Source: Myxococcota bacterium
GTDB taxonomy: Bacteria > Myxococcota_A > UBA796 > SXON01
Reading direction: 5' to 3'
DNA length: 64,000 nt
NCBI GenBank assembly: GCA_040386535.1
Contig: JAZKFH010000063.1
Span: 32,001 to 96,000, forward strand
The notes beneath the pieces were generated by a model. That model ran no database searches. It was not told where the DNA came from and saw only the letters and a program-made list of their open reading frames with translations. Of the stretch, positions 1 through 9,252 are shown piece after piece (the stretch's first letter is position 1; each line of letters begins with the position of its first letter). Both the position numbers and the translations under genes were made by a program.

Positions 1-300
1 GTCCCGGCCGTGCACGACCACGTGCAGCGGTGGCACGACGCGATCGAGCCGGGGCTGATCGACCGCGGCTTCACCTCGCTGCGCAGCCCCCATGCCGCCG
101 GCCGCTCGGGGATCCTCGCGGTGCGCGCCCCCGCGGGTATCGACGTCCAGGCCCTCGTCGCGGCGCTCCTCCCCCGCGGCGTGGTCGTGAGCGCCCCGGA
201 GAACAACCTCCGCATCGCCCCGAGCTGGCCCAACGCCCTGGAGGAGGTGCCCGTGGTGCTCGCCGCGATCGACGACGCGCTCGGTCACGCGCTCGGCTGA
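1..300 (+). CDS. PLP-dependent class V aminotransferase / cysteine desulfurase-like protein, C-terminal part (5' truncated by window edge)
   Basis: Frame open from base 1; RSGILAV...GVVVS...LRIAPSWPN resembles the class V C-terminal small domain (R.S.H.YN-type motif). Confidence 0.65.
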   Translation, partial: VPAVHDHVQRWHDAIEPGLIDRGFTSLRSPHAAGRSGILAVRAPAGIDVQALVAALLPRGVVVSAPENNLRIAPSWPNALEEVPVVLAAIDDALGHALG

Positions 301-330
301 CGTACACTCCGCCGGTCCCTCCGGAGCTCC

Positions 331-828
331 GTGTCCGACGCCCCGCCGCCCGCTTCCCGCAACCGCACGCTGCTCCTGGTCGCCATCGGCGTCGGCGGGC
401 TGCTCGTCTGTCTCGGTAGCATCCCCGTGATCGGGATCGTGGCCGCCGTCGCGATCCCCAACTTCATCGCGTACCAGATGAAGGCCGAGCGCGCCGAGGT
501 GCCCGCGAACGTAGCCGGCATCGCGACCGCGCAGCTCGCCTATGACGCGGCCTTCGACACCTTCATCCCGGTGTCGAGCCGAGAAGAGGCCGAGGCCGAG
601 GTCCGGGGCGGCGGCCGCGAGCCGCGGGCGTGGCAGGGCGGAGGGGCGTGGGGCACCCTCGGCTGGCAACCGGCGGGCCCGGTGCGGGGCGCGTACTGGG
701 TCGAGGTGGTCGAGGGAGAGCTCGGGGTGTTCGGCATCTCCGACATCGACAACGACGGCGACTTCGCGGAGTACAGGTGGTCGACCGAGGGGGGCACCCG
801 GCAGGTCACCCCCAACTACGTGTACTGA
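331..828 (+). CDS. Type IV pilin-like protein with extra N-terminal hydrophobic segment
   Basis: IGIVAAVAIPNFIAYQMKAERAEV...IATAQLAY matches the PilA alpha-1 helix; no G|FxxxE prepilin cleavage site. Confidence 0.7.
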   Translation: MSDAPPPASRNRTLLLVAIGVGGLLVCLGSIPVIGIVAAVAIPNFIAYQMKAERAEVPANVAGIATAQLAYDAAFDTFIPVSSREEAEAEVRGGGREPRAWQGGGAWGTLGWQPAGPVRGAYWVEVVEGELGVFGISDIDNDGDFAEYRWSTEGGTRQVTPNYVY

Positions 829-1829
829 TGATCCTCCTCTGGATCCTGGCGTGTAGTGGGCCCGACGGCGCGCCCGACACCGCTCCCGACGACGTTCCGG
901 TCAGCTGCGACCTCGCGGGCCCGATGGACGACGTGCTGACGATCGCGGACGTGCAGGCCCTCGGCACCCACAACAGCTACCACATCGAGCCCGACACGGT
1001 CCTCGACGCGTCCCACGCCTACACGCAGCCGACGCTCGACGCGCAGGCCGACGTGGGCGTGCGCGCGTTCGAGCTGGACGTGCACCTCGGGGAGGACGGC
1101 GTCTTCCAGGTCTTCCACCTGCCGGTCATCGACGCGGAGACCACCTGCTCCACCCTCGGGGAGTGCCTCGGCGTGCTGCTCGCGTGGTCGGACGCGCACC
1201 CGTGCCACAGCCCGTTCACCGTCTGGATCGAGCCCAAGGACGACATCGACGCGGCCGTCGAAGGGCTCGTTCCCCTCGCGGGGCACCTCGTCGAGCTGGA
1301 CGCCGCCATCTCGGCGGTGTGGCCGCGGGAGCGGCTCCTGACGCCCGACGACGTGCGCGGCGGGCGCGCCACGGTCCCCGAAGGGGTGGCCGCAGGCTGG
1401 CCGAGCCTCGCCGACACGCGCGGGGGGCTGATCGTGGCCCTGCTCGACGACAGTGAACACCGCGCCGAGTACCTCGACGGCGCCCCGGCCCTCGAGGGGC
1501 GGGTCCTCTTCGTCAACAGCGACAGCGCCGCCGATCCGTTCGCCGCCACCTTCAAGATCGACAACGCGCCCGCGAACGCGGACCAGGTCGGCGCGCTGGT
1601 GGCCGGCAACTTCCTCGTCACCTCCAACGTGGACGGCGGCAGCGAGGCCGATGCCACGAACGAGGCGAGCCTCGCCGCCGCGTTGGAGGCCGGTCCCCAG
1701 AACCTCGCGTCGGACCAGGTGGTGCCCGTGGAGGGGTCGGCCTACGTCGCCGCGCTCCCGGACGGCTCGCCGCGTTGCCACCCCGCCCGGGTGGCCGGTG
1801 GGTGCGGGCCCGACATCATCGAGCCATGA
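828..1829 (+). CDS. Lipoprotein, Ca2+-dependent phosphoinositide-specific phospholipase C-like
   Basis: ATG overlaps upstream TGA; MILLWILAC lipobox; QALGTHNSYH, GVRAFELDVH and WIEPKD motifs of the PI-PLC family. Confidence 0.8.
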   Translation: MILLWILACSGPDGAPDTAPDDVPVSCDLAGPMDDVLTIADVQALGTHNSYHIEPDTVLDASHAYTQPTLDAQADVGVRAFELDVHLGEDGVFQVFHLPVIDAETTCSTLGECLGVLLAWSDAHPCHSPFTVWIEPKDDIDAAVEGLVPLAGHLVELDAAISAVWPRERLLTPDDVRGGRATVPEGVAAGWPSLADTRGGLIVALLDDSEHRAEYLDGAPALEGRVLFVNSDSAADPFAATFKIDNAPANADQVGALVAGNFLVTSNVDGGSEADATNEASLAAALEAGPQNLASDQVVPVEGSAYVAALPDGSPRCHPARVAGGCGPDIIEP

Positions 1830-1891
1830 CGCGCCGGAATTGAGGCCGGCGAGCGCGGCGTGACGATCGTGCAACGGGTACGCTGCCGTGG

Positions 1892-2914
1892 ATGATCCTG
1901 CTCCTCGCCCTGTGCGCCTGCAGCGCCCCCTTCGCCGACGACACCAACACGTCCGCCGACGACTCGGCCGCGGGGGACGACTCCGGCGAGACGACCGACA
2001 CGGAGGACACGGACACCTCGGACACGTCCGAGACCGGCGACACGTCCGAGACCGGAGAGACCGGCGAGCTGCCCGACACCGGTCCGGTGGTGCCGGCGCC
2101 GTGTGACACGTGGGCGGAGCCGCGCGACGTCGGCCTGCTCGCGGACGACGTGTACCAGGAGGTGTCCGGTGTGGCCCCGTCCGTGATCAATCCCGGCGTG
2201 TTGTGGATCCTCGAGGATCACGGGAACGACCCCGCGTTCTACGCAATCGATCTGACCGGTTCCACGCTCGGCACCCTCGCGCTCGAGGGCGCGGAGAACG
2301 AGGACTGGGAGGCCATCGCGCTCGGGCCGTGCCCGACCGGGACGTGCTTGTGGGCGGCGGACGTGGGCGACAACGGGCTGGAGCGCACCGAGGTCACCCT
2401 GTACCGGGTGCCCGAGCCGGACGTTGGATGGGGCGGCGGGCTCGACGAGTCTGTCGTGCCGGAGCGGTTCCCGCTGGTCTACACGGACGGCCCGGTCAAC
2501 GTCGAGGCGTTCCTCGTGACCCCCGAGGGGCTGCCGGTGCTGCTCTCGAAGCGTGGAGACGGCCTCTCAGAGGTCTACGTGGTGGACACCGTCGTCCCCG
2601 AGTTGGTCGTCGCGCCACGCTTCATCGGCACGTTCCAGACGCGGGACGCCGAGGCCGAGGCCGGGGGGTTCGTGACCTCGGCCGATCTCTGGCCCGACGG
2701 GTCGCGCCTGCTCGTCCGCACGTACGAGGCCGCGTGGGAGCTCGATCTGGGGACCGGCGGGATCGAGGGCATCGCCGCCGCGCCCCGGACGATGCTGCCC
2801 TTCAGCGACGAACGGCAGGTCGAGGCCGTCGCGTATGACGCGGTGCTCGGCGGCTATTGGCAGATCCCGGAGGGTGTCGGCGCCCCCCTCTCGTTCGTGG
2901 CGTGCGTGGACTGA
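1892..2914 (+). CDS. Lipoprotein with D/T-rich tether and probable beta-propeller domain
   Basis: MILLLALCAC; EVSG, EDHGN, DWEAIA, DVGDN, VEA motifs typical of an uncharacterised secreted propeller family. Confidence 0.7.
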   Translation: MILLLALCACSAPFADDTNTSADDSAAGDDSGETTDTEDTDTSDTSETGDTSETGETGELPDTGPVVPAPCDTWAEPRDVGLLADDVYQEVSGVAPSVINPGVLWILEDHGNDPAFYAIDLTGSTLGTLALEGAENEDWEAIALGPCPTGTCLWAADVGDNGLERTEVTLYRVPEPDVGWGGGLDESVVPERFPLVYTDGPVNVEAFLVTPEGLPVLLSKRGDGLSEVYVVDTVVPELVVAPRFIGTFQTRDAEAEAGGFVTSADLWPDGSRLLVRTYEAAWELDLGTGGIEGIAAAPRTMLPFSDERQVEAVAYDAVLGGYWQIPEGVGAPLSFVACVD

Positions 2915-2973
2915 CACCGGCTGGCTCGGACAGACACGGGGCCCGCCGGGTTAGCCGCCCGTACGAGGTGGTT

Positions 2974-3348
2974 GTGAACGATCGGGTGCACGGAACGGGC
3001 TTCTCCTACGATTGCCGCATCGGTTTCCACGAGTACGAACGGCACATCCGCCAGCGCGTCGTCATCGACTTCGAGGCCGAGACGGATTGGCGGGCCTCGG
3101 CCCGCGCGGACCGCGCCGGAAAGGAGCTGGTCGACTACTACGAGGCAAACCTCGCGATCGGGAAGCTGGTGGCGGAGAAGGAGTACCGGCTGATCGAGGC
3201 GCTCGCGGAGGACGTGGCGCGGGTGCTGGTCGCCTCGTTCCCCATCCGCCGCGTCCGGGTCAAGGTCACCAAGGCGCCGTTCGACATGCCGAACGTCGGC
3301 AACGTGGCCGTGGAGTGCTGGCGCACCGCGGAGGACTTCGCGGAATGA
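2974..3348 (+). CDS. folB: Dihydroneopterin aldolase
   Basis: IGFHEYER..RQRVVIDF, VDY, LIEALAEDVA, VRVKVTK motifs; GTG start after GAGGTG. Confidence 0.85.
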   Translation: MNDRVHGTGFSYDCRIGFHEYERHIRQRVVIDFEAETDWRASARADRAGKELVDYYEANLAIGKLVAEKEYRLIEALAEDVARVLVASFPIRRVRVKVTKAPFDMPNVGNVAVECWRTAEDFAE

Positions 3349-4007
3349 AGGTCATCACCAACACCGCCATCACGGTGGACGGCAAGATCGCCAGCGCACG
3401 CTACGATCACGTCGCCATCGGCACCCCGGTGGACCGTCAGTACATGAGTGTGCTGCGGGCCCGGGCGGACGCGGTGTTGGTGGGGGGGCGCACCTTCCGG
3501 AATTGGCCGCTGCCGCTGGTGCCGGACGAGGCCGCCCTGGCGGCCCTCGCGGCGAGCGGATTTCCCGACGCTTCGGCGCCCCCGATCACGGGGCGTCGGT
3601 GGTGGAACGTGGTGCTCACGCGCACGCTCGACGTGCCGAAGACAGGCCGCTTCTATCGGGACCCCCGGGTGCGCCCGCTGTTCTACTCGGCCACCGCGGG
3701 GGAGGTCCCGAGCGGCGAGGTCGTGGTGGGTGAGGTCAGCATCCCGGGCGTGATCGCGGATCTGGCCGCCCGCGGCGTCGAGACCCTGCTCGTCGAGGCC
3801 GGCGGCGATCTGATCGCCCAGCTCCTCCACGCGGGCGTGGTCGACGAGCTGTACCTGACCATCTGCCCGCTCGTGCTCGGCGGCCGGTCGGCCCCCACCG
3901 TGGTGGACGGCGACGGCTTCCCCTTCGACGGGGCGCCGCGCCTGTCCCTCGCGCACGCGCACCGCGTGGGCGACGAGCTCTACTGCCGCTACATCGTCAC
4001 GCGCTGA
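3345..4007 (+). CDS. RibD C-terminal / dihydrofolate-reductase-family protein
   Basis: ATGA overlap with folB; AITVDGKI, RARADAVLVGGRT, LLVEAGG, VDELYLTICPLVLGG. Confidence 0.85.
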   Translation: MKVITNTAITVDGKIASARYDHVAIGTPVDRQYMSVLRARADAVLVGGRTFRNWPLPLVPDEAALAALAASGFPDASAPPITGRRWWNVVLTRTLDVPKTGRFYRDPRVRPLFYSATAGEVPSGEVVVGEVSIPGVIADLAARGVETLLVEAGGDLIAQLLHAGVVDELYLTICPLVLGGRSAPTVVDGDGFPFDGAPRLSLAHAHRVGDELYCRYIVTR

Positions 4008-4029
4008 CGGTAGGCGGCGGGTCGCGCGG

Positions 4030-4512
4030 TCAGGTCCGGCGCACGTCGGCGAGCGCCTTGCCCGTCGGGTCGAAGAGCACGAAGCTACGCCGGTCGCCGC
4101 GGGCCAGCAGCACCTCGTGGAACACGCCCTCCTCGGTCGCGATCTCGGTGGCGCGCCAGAGCGTGTGGCGGGGGTGGGAGCGATCGAGCGTGGCGCGCAG
4201 CCCCTCGGGGAGGGCGCGCACCGCCAACGGCGAGTGCTGCTCGACGACGTTGCCGTCGGCATCGAGGACCAGATCGTGCCGGCGATGGCCGTCGAGCAGG
4301 GAGGCCTCCCAACCGCTCCCGACCCGCTCCACCGCGGCGACCGTGGCGGCCGGAAAACGGGCCTTGAGGCTCTCCGCGATGGGGGAGGGGATCTCGGCCG
4401 TCGGCGCGCGCCGCGCGGCCCCGCTCGACATCGAATCCTCGGGGCCCGCCCAGGCGCCGCCCGAGGCCATCACACCCACCATCACCGCCGCCGCACGAAG
4501 CTGCTTCCGCAT
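4030..4512 (-). CDS. Secreted PepSY-like domain protein
   Basis: Signal peptide ending AWA; two repeats of P....lk..fP.a....e...L.D..G. Confidence 0.6.
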   Translation of the reverse strand: MRKQLRAAAVMVGVMASGGAWAGPEDSMSSGAARRAPTAEIPSPIAESLKARFPAATVAAVERVGSGWEASLLDGHRRHDLVLDADGNVVEQHSPLAVRALPEGLRATLDRSHPRHTLWRATEIATEEGVFHEVLLARGDRRSFVLFDPTGKALADVRRT

Positions 4513-4628
4513 GGACACCTCACTGCCGCGTCAGGGGTGACGCGCGCCGCAACAGGTTGTGCACGCAGGCAGGCAACGGCTGTCGCGTTCCGTCACGTCG
4601 CGACCGGTCGCTGTTCGGACGGCCGATG

Positions 4629-6329
4629 TCAGGGGCGGTCGGCGAGCGCCCGGCATGCGTCCATCCCGCCCCACGGGGCGTAGATGACCACGTCTTCGCG
4701 GTCGAGGATCGGCGCGCCGAGGAGCGGCACGAGCGCACGTTTCGCCGCGCGGGCGCGGGACTGCCCCGAGATGCGCCCGCCCTCCTCTTCGAGCGCGTTG
4801 GGACGCAGGATCACCCAGCGGTAGCCCAGCGCGGCCACGGCCGCCTTCTCCTCCTCCGTCCAGGCCACGTCGGCGCGGGGATCCGCCGGCAGCGTCAGGA
4901 CGGCGCGCAGCCAGCCGTTCTCCGTGCGCAACGCCCGCTGGCCCGCCGGTACGAGGCTCGCCGACCGCTCCGCCATCCCGTTGAGCATCGGCGCGCCGTG
5001 TACGCTCTGCCACACGAGCGCCAGCTGGTCGACGCCGTAGGGCAGCACAAACCCGGCGCCGCCGCCCTCCGACACGCACGCGACGGCCTCGGGGACGTCG
5101 GCGCGCCACCGGCCGATCGGCAGGGTGCCCCGCGCGAGCCCCTCCCCGAGGAGGGCCGCACCGACCAGGGCCGCCACCCCCACGCGCCACCGCTCCGGCA
5201 CGCGCCCCAGCCCGGTGACGACCCCGACCACGCCCACCGCCGCGAGCACGGCGACCGCGCGGACGGGCCAGTACAGCCGCTCGTAGGGGGGGAGCGCTGC
5301 GACGAGGCCGAGGTACACGGGGTTGCGGACGTCGAAGGGGAAGGGGCCCACCGCGATGGCGAGGGCGAACAACCCGACGCCGATCCACCGGCGCGGCGCC
5401 GCGAGGGTGAGGAGCACGCCGACCAGCCCGAGCACCACACCCTCCGCGACCTCGCCCCGCCCGCTGTGCAGGATCGCGACGCCGGTGGGCGCGAGCGTCG
5501 CCACCTGGATGCCGCCGCCCTGCGCGTTCGTGTAGTCCTGAACCCCCGCGATCCAACGGTCGAGCGGCAGGAGCCCGGGCACCTCGCCCCGGGTGAGCGC
5601 GAGCACGAGCGGCACCACGAGCGGCGCGCACAACACGAGGGAGCCGACCCCCACGCCGGTGAGCGTCCGCGCGCCGAACGGGCGTGCCTTCCCGAGCGAG
5701 CTCAGCGCGAGCACGCACAGCGCGAGGGCCCCGAAGGACGCGGCGTACCAATAGATCCACCCGGCGAGGGCCAGGAATCCGGCCGAGCGCGCGGTGTCCC
5801 GCCACGACCCGGTGCGCATCGCGTCGTCTCCGAACGCGAGCGCGAGGAGCAGGGGGGCGAGGATGGCCTGGGTGGGGCGGCCGTGGGCGAGCTCGTTGAG
5901 CACGAACGGATGGAGCCCGACGAGCACCTGTGTCAGGAGGACTGCGGCGAGGCCTCCGCCGAGGCGACGCGCCCACGCGCCGGCGGCGAGCGCGTTGGTG
6001 ACGATCGCCGCGAACACGAGGGTGTTCCACGCGACGGCGGGCCCGAGCACCCACCGGACCGGGAGCAGCGCCGCCACGTCGAGCAGGTTGCCGCCCGTGT
6101 GCGTGAGGATGTCCTTGCCCCACGGAAAGAACAAGACGTCGGCTTCGAAAGGGGACACCCCCCGTGCCACCGCGTCGGCCACCCACCATTGGAACCACCA
6201 CGTCCCGTAGGTGTCGACCGTGGCCGCCCCTGCCAACCAATGGAACGGATCGGCGAGAGTAGGGCCGAGGACCACGAGCCCGAGCGCGAGCGCGCAGAGG
6301 AGCGGGGCGCGGGACACGAAGGGGGGCAC
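4629..6329 (-). CDS. Polytopic membrane protein, GT-C/YfhO-like glycosyltransferase fold (paralogue 1)
   Basis: About 10 hydrophobic segments; conserved Asp after TM1 (VDTYGTWWF), LFFPWGKDI, RLYWPVR, C-terminal LP...Q..HG.P..G soluble domain. Confidence 0.6.
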   Translation of the reverse strand: MPPFVSRAPLLCALALGLVVLGPTLADPFHWLAGAATVDTYGTWWFQWWVADAVARGVSPFEADVLFFPWGKDILTHTGGNLLDVAALLPVRWVLGPAVAWNTLVFAAIVTNALAAGAWARRLGGGLAAVLLTQVLVGLHPFVLNELAHGRPTQAILAPLLLALAFGDDAMRTGSWRDTARSAGFLALAGWIYWYAASFGALALCVLALSSLGKARPFGARTLTGVGVGSLVLCAPLVVPLVLALTRGEVPGLLPLDRWIAGVQDYTNAQGGGIQVATLAPTGVAILHSGRGEVAEGVVLGLVGVLLTLAAPRRWIGVGLFALAIAVGPFPFDVRNPVYLGLVAALPPYERLYWPVRAVAVLAAVGVVGVVTGLGRVPERWRVGVAALVGAALLGEGLARGTLPIGRWRADVPEAVACVSEGGGAGFVLPYGVDQLALVWQSVHGAPMLNGMAERSASLVPAGQRALRTENGWLRAVLTLPADPRADVAWTEEEKAAVAALGYRWVILRPNALEEEGGRISGQSRARAAKRALVPLLGAPILDREDVVIYAPWGGMDACRALADRP

Positions 6330-6368
6330 GGCTGCGCTCTAATGTGCGACGACGGTTTAAGAGAAGGG

Positions 6369-7250
6369 ATGGCGAGCCTCCTGGTCCTGACGATGTGCCT
6401 CGGCGTGGGGGTGTTGCTCCGCGCACGGCTCGATCCGGCGCCGCTCACGCTCTACGTCCTGCACGTGGCCCTCCCCGCCATGGCGTTGGTCGAGATGCAC
6501 CGGGCGCTCGCGTTCTCCGTCTGGGGCGTCGCCTCCGTGTGGCTCGTGTTCGTGGTCGCCGCGGCCTTCTTCTCCCTCGTCGGGCGGCTCGTCGGCTGGG
6601 ATCGCGCCACCGTCGGCTGCCTCATCCTCACCGCGGGGCTCTCGAACACCTCCTTCGTCGGCTTCCCGCTCCTCGAAGTGTTCGTCGGCCCCGAGGCCCT
6701 GCCGTTCGCCGTCCCCCTCGATCAGCTCGGCAGCTTCCTGCTGGTCTGTACGCTGGCGCCGCTGGTGGGCTCCTGGGCCCGGGGTGAGGCCTCGGACCTC
6801 TCGGATCCGCTCGCACTCCTGCGCCGGGTGGCACGCTTTCCCGCTTTGTGGGCGCTGATCGCGGCCGTCGTCCTGCGCGACGTGGCCTGGCCCGACGTGC
6901 TCGAGGCCGCGCTGGGGCGCATCGCCGCTACGCTCTCGCCGGTGGCCCTGGTCGCCGTCGGCGCGCAGCTCCGGTGGCCGCCGCCCACCGCGGCGCGCCC
7001 GCTGGCGGTCGGCCTCGTCTACAAGCTCGCGCTCGCGCCCGTCCTGGTGTGGGCATGGATGAGGTGGGCCGGCGAGTCGGGGCTCGGCGCGCGGGTCGCG
7101 GTGCTCGAGGCCGCGATGGCGCCAATGGTCACGGGCGCCGTGCTCGCACAAACCTACGGCCTCCGCCCCGACCTCGCCGGGGCCCTGTTGGGGGTCGGGG
7201 TGCCGCTCTCGGCCCTCACTGTCTGGGGGTGGAGCCTCCTGTACCCCTGA
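6369..7250 (+). CDS. AEC (auxin efflux carrier / Mem_trans) family transporter
   Basis: VALPA, GLSNTSFVGFPL, DQLGSF, YKLALAP, LEAAMAP motifs. Confidence 0.85.
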   Translation: MASLLVLTMCLGVGVLLRARLDPAPLTLYVLHVALPAMALVEMHRALAFSVWGVASVWLVFVVAAAFFSLVGRLVGWDRATVGCLILTAGLSNTSFVGFPLLEVFVGPEALPFAVPLDQLGSFLLVCTLAPLVGSWARGEASDLSDPLALLRRVARFPALWALIAAVVLRDVAWPDVLEAALGRIAATLSPVALVAVGAQLRWPPPTAARPLAVGLVYKLALAPVLVWAWMRWAGESGLGARVAVLEAAMAPMVTGAVLAQTYGLRPDLAGALLGVGVPLSALTVWGWSLLYP

Positions 7251-7276
7251 CTGTCCCCCTGACAGTACCCCTCAAA
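7241..7276. repeat. Three degenerate 12-bp tandem repeats spanning the AEC stop codon
   Basis: GTACCCCTGACT GTCCCCCTGACA GTACCCCTCAAA. Confidence 0.7.
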
Positions 7277-7335
7277 ACCGAGCGATCCCCGTCGTGTTCC
7301 TACCGACTTCGAGGTGGGGTGAAACGCTCGGACAT

Positions 7336-7357
7336 CGTTGATAAATCATTGTCAACG
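7336..7357. promoter_or_regulatory. Palindromic candidate transcription-factor site
   Basis: CGTTGATAA-ATCA-TTGTCAACG (9-4-9, one mismatch) in an AT-rich intergenic stretch. Confidence 0.5.
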
Positions 7358-7388
7358 CTGATTCTGTGAGGGTACCTACCGAAAGCGC

Positions 7389-7416
7389 TTGACGTAGCTC
7401 AATCCCAAGGTAGAGT
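7389..7416 (+). promoter_or_regulatory. Sigma70-type promoter
   Basis: TTGACG-N16-TAGAGT, ending 23 nt before the GTG at 7440. Confidence 0.55.
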
Positions 7417-7439
7417 GCGCTCCCGCTGCGGAGCCCCTC

Positions 7440-9146
7440 GTGAATCGTCTTCTCCTCCCGTTGTTCTCGGTTTCCCTCCTCGCCCTCTCGGGCTGCCTCC
7501 CCTCCCGTGACAAGGATCCGGTCGAGGACGACACGAGCAGCGAGGACTCCGACATCGACGGGGACGCGGACACCGACGCCGATACGGACGCCGACTCGGA
7601 CGCCGACTCTGACTCGGACACGGACGCCGATACCGACGCGGACACGGACGCCGACACCGATGCCGACACGGACGCCGATACCGATGCGGACACCGACACG
7701 GACACCGAGCCCGAGGACGACCGGGATCGCGACGGCTACACCGTCCGCGAAGGCGACTGTGACGATCGCGACGCGGAGATCAACCCCGGCGCAGCCGAGG
7801 TGTGTGACCTCGTCGACAACGATTGCGACGACCTGGTCGACAACGACGCGGTCGACGCCGAAGAGGTCCCCGCGGACCGTGACGGCGACGGCTTTGGCGA
7901 CCCGACGAACACCGAGCTGTCCTGCGACGCCGCGACCAGCAACGTCTGGGACTGTGACGATCGCGACGCGACCGAGCCGGTCGTCGTCGACACGGATGAG
8001 GCGACCGGCACCCAGGACGGCACGCTCGAGTACCCCTACGCGACCATCCAGCAGGGCATCGACGACGCGGATCTCTGCGTCGCGGTGTTCCCGGGCAACT
8101 ACCCCGAGCTGATCGATTTCAGCGGCAAGGACATCGAGGTCTTCTCGACCGGCGGCGCCAAGAACACGATCATCGACGGCCAGGGCATGGGCTCCACGGT
8201 CACCTTCGCGAACGGCGAGTCGATGGCCGCCGAGCTGCGCGGCTTCACGATCACCGCGGGCACGGGGACGGTGGAGAGCACCTCCAGCTCCGCCGCCTGC
8301 GACTCGACCGGCACCTGCATCACGAACTACACCCGCTTCTACGGCGGCGGCGTGTTCATCGACAACGCGGCGCCCACCCTCCGCGCCCTGCTCATCACGG
8401 GCAACTCCCTCGCGGCGTACTCGTTCGAGGAGCCCGAGGAGAACGTCGAGTCCTACGTCTACAGCTACGGCGGCGGCATGTTCATCAACAACAGCCGCGG
8501 CATGCAGATGATCGACGTGAGCTTCGCGGTCAACTTCGCCGACCAGGGCGGCGGGTTGTACGTGGGTGACGCGGCGACCGTGGGCCTCACCCAGTCCCGC
8601 ATCGGCTTCAACCGCGCCTCCAACGGCGCGGGCGCGGCGGTGGCGGGTGGCACGCTGACCCTCACCAACACCATCTTCACCGGCAACGCCGCCACGGCCG
8701 CCGGTGGCGCCTCGTACGCGGATGACGGCCAGCTCACCTGGTGGAACGTGACCGCCTCCAGCAACGCCAGCGCCTCCGGCGCCGGTGTCGCGGTGATGGG
8801 CACCTCCGACTTCTTCTTCCAGAGCTCGGTCGTGGCCTACGGTGTCGGCGGCGCCGGCATCTACCTCGAGTCCTCCGCGGCCTCGCTGGACGCCGACAAC
8901 TCCGACGCCTACGGGAACGACACGGCCAACTACGGCGGTGTCACCGCGCCCACCGGCAGCAACGGCAACATCGAGAACGACCCGAGCTTCGTCGACTTCA
9001 CGGATGACGGCACCGAGAACGACGACTACAACCTCGCCAGCGGCAGCGCGCTCATCGACGCGGGGAACCCCTCCGCGACCTACAACGACGCGGACGGGAG
9101 CCGGAACGACATCGGCGCGTACGGCGGGCCCCAGGGCGCCTGGTAG
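7440..9146 (+). CDS. Surface lipoprotein: (D-x)n tether, MopE-like metal-binding repeats, right-handed beta-helix
   Basis: LSGC lipobox; DRDRDGY...DCDD...INPGAAEVCDLVDNDCD; PYATIQQGID, GGG..I repeats, SALIDAG, DIGAYGG terminus. Confidence 0.85.
   Translation: MNRLLLPLFSVSLLALSGCLPSRDKDPVEDDTSSEDSDIDGDADTDADTDADSDADSDSDTDADTDADTDADTDADTDADTDADTDTDTEPEDDRDRDGYTVREGDCDDRDAEINPGAAEVCDLVDNDCDDLVDNDAVDAEEVPADRDGDGFGDPTNTELSCDAATSNVWDCDDRDATEPVVVDTDEATGTQDGTLEYPYATIQQGIDDADLCVAVFPGNYPELIDFSGKDIEVFSTGGAKNTIIDGQGMGSTVTFANGESMAAELRGFTITAGTGTVESTSSSAACDSTGTCITNYTRFYGGGVFIDNAAPTLRALLITGNSLAAYSFEEPEENVESYVYSYGGGMFINNSRGMQMIDVSFAVNFADQGGGLYVGDAATVGLTQSRIGFNRASNGAGAAVAGGTLTLTNTIFTGNAATAAGGASYADDGQLTWWNVTASSNASASGAGVAVMGTSDFFFQSSVVAYGVGGAGIYLESSAASLDADNSDAYGNDTANYGGVTAPTGSNGNIENDPSFVDFTDDGTENDDYNLASGSALIDAGNPSATYNDADGSRNDIGAYGGPQGAW
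7563..7706 (+). repeat. Coding low-complexity repeat (DADTD...)n, 6/12-nt periodicity
   Basis: About 24 consecutive Asp-X dipeptides (X = A/T/S) with varied synonymous codons. Confidence 0.9.
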
Positions 9147-9252
9147 TCCCAGACCCGCGGGTAGCGCGGCGGTCGCGATCCTCGGATCGTGGCCGCCGTT
9201 CTCGTTTTGGTGTGCTTCCGGGGCGACGACCACGATCGGCTATAGAGAATCC

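Noticed and set aside
4557..6368. Apparent long N-terminal extensions (AEC from 4557, propeller from 40132, MFP from 46851, ccoO from 34441, ppk1 from 60811)
   Set aside because: They overlap other real genes or precede the family-typical N-terminus; downstream starts fit overlaps, SD or -10 spacing
7563..7706. Short periodic repeats (also 27198-27287) as possible CRISPR array
   Set aside because: No unique spacers, in-frame coding, no cas genes
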